64,000 nt of DNA, from positions 41-64,040 of the forward strand of contig VGTL01000007.1 in NCBI GenBank assembly GCA_016874675.1, read 5' to 3'. Under the pieces are notes generated by a model, which saw nothing but the letters and a program-made list of their open reading frames with translations, did not search any database and was not told the origin of the DNA. Positions 19,019 to 27,448 of the stretch are shown here, one piece after another. This DNA comes from Methanobacteriota archaeon (GTDB lineage: Archaea; Thermoplasmatota; DTKX01; VGTL01). Every line of letters starts with the position of its first letter. Positions within the stretch are counted from its first letter, which is position 1. The translations under genes were made by a program, and so were the position numbers.

Positions 19019-20176
19019 CTAGGGTCTTCTGCGCCCCTTCCTGCGCGCGGCGAGCTCCACTGCGTGGAGCCTGGCCTCGGCCAGCCCGGAGGCCTCCCGC
19101 TCCCGGCGGCGGGAGCGCAGGGTCATGTGGACGGCCACTCCCACCGTCATCAGCGAGAATATCATGAGCAAGGCCGCAGTGAGGAGGAGCCAGTCGGTGC
19201 CGTCGCCTCCGTCTACAGGGGGGTTCTGACCGTCCACGGGGGCCGGCGGATACCTCAGAACCAGCCCGCCGGCCCCGACGCACAGGGCGTAGCTACCGTT
19301 GGGGGCGTAGGCTATCGAGCAGATCGAGGCCGTCGTGTTGGTCTCCACCTTCGACAGGGGCCGGCCCTCCTCGTACATGTAGAGCAGGCCGCCGCGCGCG
19401 GCGAGCAGGGCCGTGCGGTTGTCGGGAGACCAGTCGGCGGCGAGCCACTGGTTGGCCGTGGGGGAGTCCAGCGGGGTGAAGCCGGCTCCGTCGTAGCGGA
19501 AGAGGTTGCCCAGCGTGCCGTAGACCAGGGCCGCCCCGCCATCGCGCCTCCAGGACACGCCCCGGAGGTACTGGTCCGCGACCCCTGTCCCGAGGCGGGC
19601 GACCGTCCCGGACTCCGGGTCGTACCGCAGCACGAACGGGAAGTCGCCGCAGACGAACGCGTAGCGCCCGTCGGGGCGCCAGGACACGCTCGTGAGGGTC
19701 CCGTTCACCGCCGGGTCGAGCAGTGTCAGCGCGCTCCCGTTCGTGCGGGCCAGGGTGCCGTTGTGGCCGACGATGAGGGCGAAGTCGCCCTGCGGGCGCC
19801 ACTTCGCGTCCTCGAACCAGAGGGTGCGGTTCTGGGGAGCGGCGCGCAAGCCCGCGCCGTCGTACTCGATGAGCGTGCCCTCCCTGCCGACGAGCAGGGC
19901 GCGCGAGCCCGAGGGGTGCCAGCCGATGCCGTTGAGATCGGCCGATGTCCCGGCCGGGGGCTTCATGAAGAACCGCCCGGTGTACTGCAGCAGGGTCCCG
20001 CCCTCGCCGGCGATGAGGGCGAAGGTGTCGCCTTGGACGGGCCGCCACGAGACCGCCCGAAGGTCCAGCGAGGCCGTGCTCTCGAGGCGCTCGGCCGCCT
20101 TTGCCGCCGCCGGGGGGCACTGGAGCTGGACGAGCAGAAGCAGCCCCACGAGTACGAGCGCGGTCTTGCGGCTCAT
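19019..20176 (-). CDS. Exported WD40-like beta-propeller with a C-terminal membrane anchor
   Basis: Signal peptide MSRKTALVL, seven L..V.W.P.G..ALIVG..G repeats, C-terminal TM. ATGA overlap with the M50 gene. Confidence 0.85.
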   Translation of the reverse strand: MSRKTALVLVGLLLLVQLQCPPAAAKAAERLESTASLDLRAVSWRPVQGDTFALIAGEGGTLLQYTGRFFMKPPAGTSADLNGIGWHPSGSRALLVGREGTLIEYDGAGLRAAPQNRTLWFEDAKWRPQGDFALIVGHNGTLARTNGSALTLLDPAVNGTLTSVSWRPDGRYAFVCGDFPFVLRYDPESGTVARLGTGVADQYLRGVSWRRDGGAALVYGTLGNLFRYDGAGFTPLDSPTANQWLAADWSPDNRTALLAARGGLLYMYEEGRPLSKVETNTTASICSIAYAPNGSYALCVGAGGLVLRYPPAPVDGQNPPVDGGDGTDWLLLTAALLMIFSLMTVGVAVHMTLRSRRREREASGLAEARLHAVELAARRKGRRRP

Positions 20177-20883
20177 GGTACGATCCCGAAGAAGCCCAAA
20201 AACTTGTCGCCCAGGAGCAGGAGCGCCGCGAGCGCCGCCACCAGGCCGATGTAGACGGCGGGGCTCCACCTCCACACCTTGCTCCCGTCGAACGGGTACA
20301 CCGGCAGCATGTTGAAGAGCCCCAGGAAGGCGCTGACTATGACCGCGGTGGTGGCGATGTAGCCGAAGAGCGAGGCGGGGCCAAGAAGGATGGCGAGCGG
20401 CAGGCAGATGAAGCCCACGAGGGCGTTCGTGCCCGGCCCCGCGGCCGATATCTTGCCGTTGTCCCCGGTCGTGACGTTGCCCCGGATCATGACCGCCCCG
20501 GGCGCGATGATGAACCAGAACCCGATTATCGACATGAAGAGGCCGATCCCGAGCCAGGTGTCGGAGCGGCGGAACTCCGCCCAGTGGCCGTACCGGCGCG
20601 CAATGAACTTGTGGGCGAGCTCGTGGGTGAACACGCCCAGCATGACCGCGACCAGGGAGAGCAGGAACACCAATATCGCGATTATCCCCGGGATGGCGCC
20701 GAGAACCGCCAGCTTGATCTCGGCCATGGAGAAGATGGCCGAGAGCGCCAGCACCGCGATGGTCAGGTCGATTATCTCCTGGGGGCTGGTCACCGGCCCG
20801 GGCCCGGGCTGGATGTATAGGACCTCCCGCCCGCCGTACGCCCCCGGGCCGAATATCACCGGCTCGTCGTCGTCACCCCTCAC
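20173..20883 (-). CDS. Site-2 protease (peptidase M50)
   Basis: HELAH, AAGP, FNMLPVYPFDG. Start uncertain; GTG 20883 chosen. Confidence 0.9.
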   Translation of the reverse strand: MRGDDDEPVIFGPGAYGGREVLYIQPGPGPVTSPQEIIDLTIAVLALSAIFSMAEIKLAVLGAIPGIIAILVFLLSLVAVMLGVFTHELAHKFIARRYGHWAEFRRSDTWLGIGLFMSIIGFWFIIAPGAVMIRGNVTTGDNGKISAAGPGTNALVGFICLPLAILLGPASLFGYIATTAVIVSAFLGLFNMLPVYPFDGSKVWRWSPAVYIGLVAALAALLLLGDKFLGFFGIVP

Positions 20884-20956
20884 CAGGACCCCCCCGCCGT
20901 GAACGGCGGGGCTCCCCCGCCATGCAATGTGACGAACCCCGGACTCAAGTCCGGGG

Positions 20957-21122
20957 CATCCCTTGCCCCCTCGCACCCTTGCATTCTCACACCCTTTCCC
21001 TTGCCCCTTGCCCCTTGCCCCTCAACCCTTGCACCCTTGCTCCCTTGCTGCCTTGCTCCCTTGCTCCCTTGCTCCCTTGCTCCCGTTCGCCCAGCACCCT
21101 GCACCCTGCACCCCGCACCCCG
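20957..21122. repeat. Tandem 7/8-mer repeat tract (CCTTGCC/CCTTGCTC/CCCTGCA)
   Basis: Long run of CCCTTGC(T/C/A) units between the traB-like and M50 genes. Confidence 0.8.
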
Positions 21123-21126
21123 TTCT

Positions 21127-22296
21127 TTAGCCAAATCCCATCTGTATAAGGTACGGGAACGCCACGAACGTCCCTGTCATGCTCCCGACGTTGGTCAGCG
21201 CCGCCACCATCAGCACCCTAATGACCCGGTTGTTGAAAAAATCTTTGGTGCCCTTCGTCTGGCCGAGGTCCTGCCAGTCCCTCACCGTCGGGGTGCGGAG
21301 CTTGGCCTCCACCAGCCCGGAGAACCAGCCGGCGGCCACGCCCGGGTGGATGGCGGTGAAGGGCGAGGCGATGAACGCCGTCCCGATGGAGTACGGGTGG
21401 CCCCGCGCCGCGGCGCAGAAGACCGCCGAGAGGATGGCGTGTATCAGGAACCACCATCCGAATGCCTCCAGGCTCTTGTTCGGTCCGCTCCGGATGCCTA
21501 TCCATACGATGAGCACGGCGAGCAGCACCGCGATGCCCCAGCCCAGCACCTTGCCCCAGGGGAACCCCTTCGGGGGCAGGCGCTCGAGCTCCTCGAGCGA
21601 GGGGAGCTTCTCGCCGGAAAGCACCCTCTCGATCTTCTCCTTCACCCCTTTCACGTGGCCGGCCCCGACGACCGCCAGCACCCTCTTTCCGCGGGAGGCG
21701 TCGGCGATGCGGCGGGCGATGTAGGTGTCCCGCTCGAAGAGGAGCACCTCGGCGACGTTGGGGGCGAGCCGCCGGAGCTCGTTCATCATCGAGCTGAGCG
21801 CGTCCTCCTTCATGAGCTCCTTGAGGTCCAGCTCCCTGGCCTCCTCCTCGTAGTCCAGGAAGGGCAGCTGCAGGAGCGTCCACACGATTCGCAGCTTCTC
21901 CCGGGCGGTCATCCGCTTCCAGGCGCGCTTGAGGGTTATCGTGATGTCGCGGTCGGCCAGGAGCACCCGCGCGCCCCCCTTCTCGGCCGCCCGGATCGCC
22001 TCCAGCATCTCGGAGCCGGGCTCGGCGCCGAACTTCTCGCCGAGCCTCCGCTGGTAGGAAGCGAGGAACGACTGGGCGATGAACACGTAGGCGTTGCGGT
22101 CCTTCAAAAGCCGCGTGATGGGTGTGCTCTCCCAGCCCTTCTTGTCGGAGAGCACCTTCAGCCGGCGCTCGTCGAGCTCCACCGCGACGATGTCGGGCCG
22201 GAAGACCTCTATTGCGTCCCTGACCTCCTTGACGCTCGCGGGCGAGACGTGGGCGGTCCCGACGATGAGGATGTTGTCGCCGACGTTCTCGAACAA
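21127..22296 (-). CDS. TraB/GumN (pheromone shutdown-like) family protein
   Basis: IVGTAHVS, VAVELD, PGSEM, ERD, VVGAGH and C-terminal TMs. TTG start at 22296 inferred. Confidence 0.9.
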   Translation of the reverse strand: MFENVGDNILIVGTAHVSPASVKEVRDAIEVFRPDIVAVELDERRLKVLSDKKGWESTPITRLLKDRNAYVFIAQSFLASYQRRLGEKFGAEPGSEMLEAIRAAEKGGARVLLADRDITITLKRAWKRMTAREKLRIVWTLLQLPFLDYEEEARELDLKELMKEDALSSMMNELRRLAPNVAEVLLFERDTYIARRIADASRGKRVLAVVGAGHVKGVKEKIERVLSGEKLPSLEELERLPPKGFPWGKVLGWGIAVLLAVLIVWIGIRSGPNKSLEAFGWWFLIHAILSAVFCAAARGHPYSIGTAFIASPFTAIHPGVAAGWFSGLVEAKLRTPTVRDWQDLGQTKGTKDFFNNRVIRVLMVAALTNVGSMTGTFVAFPYLIQMGFG

Positions 22297-22298
22297 TC

Positions 22299-23651
22299 TC
22301 AGCCCTCGCCCCGCAATCCGGCCGCCCCAAGGTAAAGCTTGCGGACTGCCCTCCGAGCCAGGCCGGACCGGCTCTCGTCGGTGCGGGCCCGCCCCAGGAC
22401 CTCCAGCGGGACCCGGGCGCCGGCGGAGGAGGCGTGGCCGCCGGCGGAGCCCGCCCGGCCGAAGGCCCTCCGGAGAAGCCGGCCCATGTGCAGCGACGGG
22501 TCGTTGGAGCGGGCCGAGACGAAGAGGTCGCCCCGGAGAACGCCAAACACCACCGCGGCCTTCACGGCCTCGAGCCTCACGAGGAAGTCGGCGGCCACGG
22601 CGAGGGAGTCGCGGTCGCGCATCTCGCCCGCGCAGGCGAGGAGGTGACCGCCGTGCATCTCCCGCGCCCCGATGGCGCGCGCCAAAAGGTCGGCGGTGGA
22701 GGAAGGCATCGGCGGCGAGATGAAGCTGCGCATGAGGGCCAGGTCGGCGTGCTCGGCGAGGTACACCGCCGCCTCCAGGTCGTCGCCGCTGACGTGGCGG
22801 GTGAGGTCGTCGGTGTCCGCCTTGACGGCGAAGAGAAGGCCGGCGGCGAGCGCCGGGTCGGGCCTTATCCAGAGCCGGCGCAGGTAGCCCGAGAGCATCG
22901 TGGCCACGGCCCCCACCTGGGGCCGTATGTCGGCGAAGGCGGCCGCCGGGGAGCACCCCCCGGGGAGCGGGTGGTGGTCGATGACCAGGTCCACCCGGGA
23001 GCCCGGGGGAAGGATGTTGTTCTGCCCCGGCAGGGAGGACTCGACGAGCGCCGTGAGGGCGTGCCGCGCCGAGGCGGCCCGGGCCTCGTCGGCGGTCTTG
23101 AGCTGGACCAATGGCGCGTCCAGGGCGGTGACCAGCAGCCGGTTGCCGGGGCGCGCGATCTCGCCGCCGTAGTAGAGCGCGCAGCGGACCTGGTTTCGGG
23201 CGCAGATCCTCTGGAGGGCCACCGCCGAGGAGATGGTGTCCGGGTCGGGGTTGTCGTGGAGGAACACGGCGACCCCCCTGCGGCCGGCGGGCCGGATGGC
23301 CGCCACCAGCCGCCGGGCCAGGCGGCGCCGCTCGAGCTCGGTTATCTCGGAGAGGAAGGTCGATGCGACCAGGGCGCCCGGCTCGAGCACGAAGTCCGCC
23401 CCGGCCGCGACGGCGCGCCGGGACGCCCCCGGCCCCCCGGATTCGGCGAGCACGAGCAGGTCCGGCCGGCCGGCCCGAAGGGCGCGCACGGCGGCCAGGT
23501 TGGCCCGGTCGCTGCCGGTGACGACGAACACGGCGCCGGCGTCCGCCCTGACGGCCAGGGCCCGCCGGACCCGCTGGGGCCGCTCGCCCCGGGCGGCCAG
23601 CGCCACGGCCAGGTCCCGGGCGGTCGGGCCGGTCCCGACTATCGATATCAA
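22299..23651 (-). CDS. DHH family phosphoesterase with an N-terminal TrkA-N-like domain
   Basis: HDNPDPDTISS, IDHH, DT, SARS, GGH. Confidence 0.88.
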   Translation of the reverse strand: MISIVGTGPTARDLAVALAARGERPQRVRRALAVRADAGAVFVVTGSDRANLAAVRALRAGRPDLLVLAESGGPGASRRAVAAGADFVLEPGALVASTFLSEITELERRRLARRLVAAIRPAGRRGVAVFLHDNPDPDTISSAVALQRICARNQVRCALYYGGEIARPGNRLLVTALDAPLVQLKTADEARAASARHALTALVESSLPGQNNILPPGSRVDLVIDHHPLPGGCSPAAAFADIRPQVGAVATMLSGYLRRLWIRPDPALAAGLLFAVKADTDDLTRHVSGDDLEAAVYLAEHADLALMRSFISPPMPSSTADLLARAIGAREMHGGHLLACAGEMRDRDSLAVAADFLVRLEAVKAAVVFGVLRGDLFVSARSNDPSLHMGRLLRRAFGRAGSAGGHASSAGARVPLEVLGRARTDESRSGLARRAVRKLYLGAAGLRGEG

Positions 23652-23652
23652 T

Positions 23653-24156
23653 TCAAGCGCCCCCCCAGGGCGCCTCCTTGTGCGAGCCCATGACTATCTG
23701 GACCTCGGTGTCCGTCACACCGTCGATGCGGAGGAAGTCGTCCACGAAGTCCTGGAGCTCGGCGATGGACACGAAACGGGCGATGACCAGGATGTTCCTC
23801 TGGCCGCTGACGCGGTTGACCTCCAGTATGCGCTGGTGGGCCCGGAGATGTTCGACCACGGACTTGAGCCGGCCCGGCGCCACGGAGAGGTGGATGAACG
23901 CCCGGACCGTGTTCTCTATGGCGGCGAAGTTGATCCGCGTGGTGAATCCGAGGATGAGCCCCCGGTCCGTGAGGGCGCGCACCCGGCGGCGGACGGTCGC
24001 CTCGGTGATGTGGAGCGCGGAGGCCATGTCGCTGTAGGTCTCACGGGAGTTCGCAACGAGCATGGACAGGATGCCCATGTCCGTGTCGTCGACCGGGAGC
24101 AGGTCCGGGTCCAGGCCCTTCCACCTCTGCCGCAGGTCCTGCGCTTTTTCCTTCAT
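23653..24156 (-). CDS. Lrp/AsnC family regulator
   Basis: DDTDMGILSML...TVRRRVRAL...GLI HTH plus a RAM domain. Confidence 0.92.
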   Translation of the reverse strand: MKEKAQDLRQRWKGLDPDLLPVDDTDMGILSMLVANSRETYSDMASALHITEATVRRRVRALTDRGLILGFTTRINFAAIENTVRAFIHLSVAPGRLKSVVEHLRAHQRILEVNRVSGQRNILVIARFVSIAELQDFVDDFLRIDGVTDTEVQIVMGSHKEAPWGGA

Positions 24157-24257
24157 CCACCCCCCCTTTCGGATGTGTGCAGATTCCGTCTTTTTTTTTG
24201 CCCTTCGCGTCGAATATCGAAAGCATCGCGAGCTAATAAAGTTATTGCCATCGGCAT

Positions 24258-24392
24258 GAGGCGCAGGGCGCGGGGGGTTCGGGGCCGTGAATCCTCATTA
24301 CCCCCCTTGTCCCTTGCGCCTTGTCCCTCGCGCCTTCAGCCTTGCGCCTTGTCCCTCGCGCCTTCAGCCTTGCGCCTTGCGCCCTGCCCCCT
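24258..24392. repeat. Heptamer inverted repeat
   Basis: Short GGCGCAG arm and long CCTTGCG arm with an internal duplication (TTGTCCCTCGCGCCTTCAGCCTTGCGCC x2). Confidence 0.8.
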
Positions 24393-24658
24393 CCAAAAGC
24401 ATTGCTTTAAGGCCAGCGACCGCCAAAAGGGGGGTAGAAACAGTCTGTGGAAGAGGTGGGTGTTCCATTTCTCGGCGGTCACTGGCCCTTCATCATGAGT
24501 TTCCATGTTATGGCGTCTTGCGGACGCCTCTCTGACCGCATACATTCTCGCAGGCACTATAAATAATTTGCTGATGGATTCCGGCAGGAAGGCGACGGAT
24601 AGCGAAAAGATGGCGAATAACGGCGCGGCAACCGGCGCCCTGCGCCCTGCGCCTTCCT

Positions 24659-25522
24659 TTATTTTATCCTCACCTCGACGACCGCCACGCCGAGGTCCAG
24701 CCGCCTGACCTTCATGAGGTCCAGGGCCACGAAGCCCGCCCCCACCGTCAGGTTGTACTGGGTCTGCCAGGTGAGGTTGGTGAGGGGGGTGGTGAGCGTC
24801 GAGTTGAAGTACCGGGCCCAGGCGCCGGGATAGGGGGTCGTGAGGTTCAGCCGTATGTTCCGGCCCAGGGTCCACTCGCCGCCCTCGTAAATGTTGGCGT
24901 CGCGCACGACGAGGCGGGTCTCGATGATGGCGTTCTCCGTCCCGGTGAAGGAGCTGAAGTCGCCCGCTATCGACACGAACAGCATGGAGACGGAGAGGTT
25001 GCCGCCGTCGTCCTTGGAGACGCCGAAGTGGGGCGGGGCGCGGACCGCGGCGTCGCGGGGCCCTGCCACGAGGATCGCCCCCTGCTCGTAGATGTAGGAC
25101 TGCTGGTCGATGTAGTAGTTCTGCGAGGTGTAGGTAAGGTTGCCGCGGCTCAGGGCGAAGATGTCGGCCGGGTCCGTCTGGTTGTGCACGGAGAGGCTGC
25201 CGTTGAACGGGTTGCTCACGATTCGGCCGGTGCTCCGGGAGAAGCCCAGGAGCGCGGAGGGGGCGTTGCCCAGGGTTATCTTGCTCGAGGTGGACACCGG
25301 GCTGTCCCGGAGCACCTGCGCGTCTATGTTCTCGCGCAGGGCGTAGAACTGCTCCAGCGTCCGCCGCATGTGCTGGGACTCGTCGGACTCGCCCCAGGCG
25401 GGGACGAAGACCACCATCACGATGGAGATCACCGAGCTGATGATGAGAAGCAGCATCACCGCCGTCACCGCGCCCGAAATGGCGTCCCGGTCGCGCCCCC
25501 AGCCGAACTTACGTCGCCGCAA
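24659..25522 (-). CDS. Small pilin-like protein with class III signal peptide (paralog 3)
   Basis: RDRDA|ISGAVTAVMLLL, VPAWGESDESQH, GNLTY.S.NYY.DQ..IYEQGA. Confidence 0.8.
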   Translation of the reverse strand: MRRRKFGWGRDRDAISGAVTAVMLLLIISSVISIVMVVFVPAWGESDESQHMRRTLEQFYALRENIDAQVLRDSPVSTSSKITLGNAPSALLGFSRSTGRIVSNPFNGSLSVHNQTDPADIFALSRGNLTYTSQNYYIDQQSYIYEQGAILVAGPRDAAVRAPPHFGVSKDDGGNLSVSMLFVSIAGDFSSFTGTENAIIETRLVVRDANIYEGGEWTLGRNIRLNLTTPYPGAWARYFNSTLTTPLTNLTWQTQYNLTVGAGFVALDLMKVRRLDLGVAVVEVRIK

Positions 25523-25528
25523 TGTCCA

Positions 25529-26527
25529 TCACGTCCGAAGCTGCATCTCCACTATCGCTATCCCGAGCTCCAGGCGGGTCACGCCCGCGAAGGTGGCGTT
25601 CACGGACCCCGGCCCGACGGTGACCGAGTAATCGGCCGGGAGGAGCCCCGCATCCGGCCGCCCCAGGGCGGTGTTGAGGAAATCGGCCCAGGCGGAAGGA
25701 TAGCCTGTGGTGATGTTGAGCGTGGTGCCCTTCCCGAGGGTCCAGTCGGTGCCCGAGTAGGTGGTGAGGTCGTAGACGTCGAGCGTGGTCTCCAGCTGCA
25801 CGTCGCCAGTGCCCTCCCGGGCGGTGGCGGCCCCTCCCAGGGACACCAGCGTGATTGAGACCGTGTAGTTGCCGTCGGCCTCCCTCCGGGCCTCGACGTG
25901 CGGCCCGGCCTTCATCACGGCCCGGCCACCCTGCACTATCAGGAGCGCGCCGTTCTCGTAAACGAAGGTCTGGTCCACGTAGTACGTGTTGGCCGAGGAG
26001 TAGGTCAGCTGGCCCCGGGCGATTCCCTGGGAGTCGTTCCGGTCGGTGGTGTTGGAGACCATGTAGACCCCGGTTTCGGGCCGGAACCTGAGGGCGCCCG
26101 GGGCCCTCGTGATGTGGAAGACCGGGCCGCCCTCGTCCCCGATGGTCAGGCGGGTCGTGTAGGTCGAGCCCTTGCCGGCGAGGATCTGGACGTCGATGTT
26201 GTTTTTGAGCTCGAGCATCTGCGTCTGGATGCGCTTGAGCTGGGCCGCCTCCGTGTCCTTGCCCCAGATGGGCACGTAGATGCTCATGAACATCGACATG
26301 GCCCCCACGGCCACCATCAGGATGAGCAGCGTGACCACGATGCCCGAGGCCGCCCGGCGGTCCCGGCGCCAGTGGTGCCTCAGGGTGCGGTGGGAGGTGA
26401 GGGGCAGCGGGCAGCAGGGAGCGGTGACGGGATGATTCCCGTCGTCCACCGCTGCCCGCTGCCCGCTCCCCGCTCCCCGTTCCTCCCGCTGCCCGCTGCC
26501 CGCTGCCCGCTGCCCCCGTCCGATCAC
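25529..26527 (-). CDS. Small pilin-like protein (paralog 2) with a leader extended by a repeat
   Basis: GTG 26527 overlaps the upstream TGA and is in frame. RRDRRA|ASGIVVTLL, VPIWGKDTE, NTYYVDQTFVYENGA. Confidence 0.75.
   Translation of the reverse strand: MIGRGQRAAGSGQREERGAGSGQRAAVDDGNHPVTAPCCPLPLTSHRTLRHHWRRDRRAASGIVVTLLILMVAVGAMSMFMSIYVPIWGKDTEAAQLKRIQTQMLELKNNIDVQILAGKGSTYTTRLTIGDEGGPVFHITRAPGALRFRPETGVYMVSNTTDRNDSQGIARGQLTYSSANTYYVDQTFVYENGALLIVQGGRAVMKAGPHVEARREADGNYTVSITLVSLGGAATAREGTGDVQLETTLDVYDLTTYSGTDWTLGKGTTLNITTGYPSAWADFLNTALGRPDAGLLPADYSVTVGPGSVNATFAGVTRLELGIAIVEMQLRT
26400..26520. repeat. GGCAGCG/CGCTGCC heptamer inverted repeat inside a predicted leader peptide
   Basis: GGGCAGCGGGCAGC arm, spacer, (GCTGCCC/GCTCCCC)n arm. 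Confidence 0.8.
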
Positions 26528-27405
26528 TTCGACACCCTCGTTTCCACGACGCTGAACCTGACGGTGAGCTGGGAGACGCTGTATATATTGAACGTGAAGC
26601 CGGTGGCGGACCAGGAGACGCTGTAGTTGGAGGAGGTGAGGTTGGCGCTGGCGGAGGCCGAAAGCACCGAATCGGTCAGCCAGCTCGCCCAGCCGTCCCC
26701 GCAGGTGGTCGAGGCGTTGAAGGTGATGTTCCGGTTGGACGGGAACGGTATCACGGTCTCCTCGGTGTGGACCACGCGCGTCTCGATGCCGGCGCTGCCG
26801 GTGCCGGTGATCTGGGCGGAGTCCCCGTACAGGGCGTATATCGAGAAGTGGACGTTCAGCGCCCCGTTCCCGTCGCGGGAAAAGCGCGGCTCCGAGCCCT
26901 CGCGGAAGGTGGAGCAGGTCCCCTGCCTGACGATGACGGCCCCCTGCTCGTAGATGTGCTCCTGGTCGACATAGTAGGAGTTGCGCGACTGGAAGGATAT
27001 CCTCCCGCGGCCGATGCCGAAGACGTCGGACACGTTGTCGGCGTCGTGGAGCTCGAACACGCTGCCGCTGCTGTCCAGGGAGAGCGTCCCCTTGGACGGC
27101 TCGCCCTGTATGCCCAGAAACGAGCTCGTGGTCCCGGAGGTCATCACGATGTGGTAGTAGAGGCTCCCGGCACCCTCGCCCTGGTCGATCTGGTCCTCGA
27201 TGCCGTCCCGCACCGACTGGAACTGGTTGGCCACCTTGTTCATGTGCTCGGCCTCGGCGTCCTTGGACCAGGACGGGACGTAATACAGGGCCACGCCGGC
27301 GAGCACGGTGGTGATGATTATGACGAACAGCACCGCGGTGACCGAGCCGGCTATGCCGCCCCGGTCCCTGGCCCACCGGGCCCTCACCGGACGATCCTGC
27401 CTCAC
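26524..27405 (-). CDS. Small pilin-like protein with class III signal peptide (paralog 1)
   Basis: ARDRGG|IAGSVTAVLF, VPSWSKDAEAEH, NSYYVDQEHIYEQGA. Confidence 0.8.
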   Translation of the reverse strand: MRQDRPVRARWARDRGGIAGSVTAVLFVIIITTVLAGVALYYVPSWSKDAEAEHMNKVANQFQSVRDGIEDQIDQGEGAGSLYYHIVMTSGTTSSFLGIQGEPSKGTLSLDSSGSVFELHDADNVSDVFGIGRGRISFQSRNSYYVDQEHIYEQGAVIVRQGTCSTFREGSEPRFSRDGNGALNVHFSIYALYGDSAQITGTGSAGIETRVVHTEETVIPFPSNRNITFNASTTCGDGWASWLTDSVLSASASANLTSSNYSVSWSATGFTFNIYSVSQLTVRFSVVETRVSK

Positions 27406-27448
27406 CCTTCTCGCTCCCGAATTATCATTGTTTCATTGCCTTTTATAG

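Noticed and set aside
26528-27376. Apparent 615-aa ORF or a frameshifted fusion of two small pilins
   Set aside because: Each gene has its own class III signal and they overlap by GTGA; the upstream part is a shadow frame.
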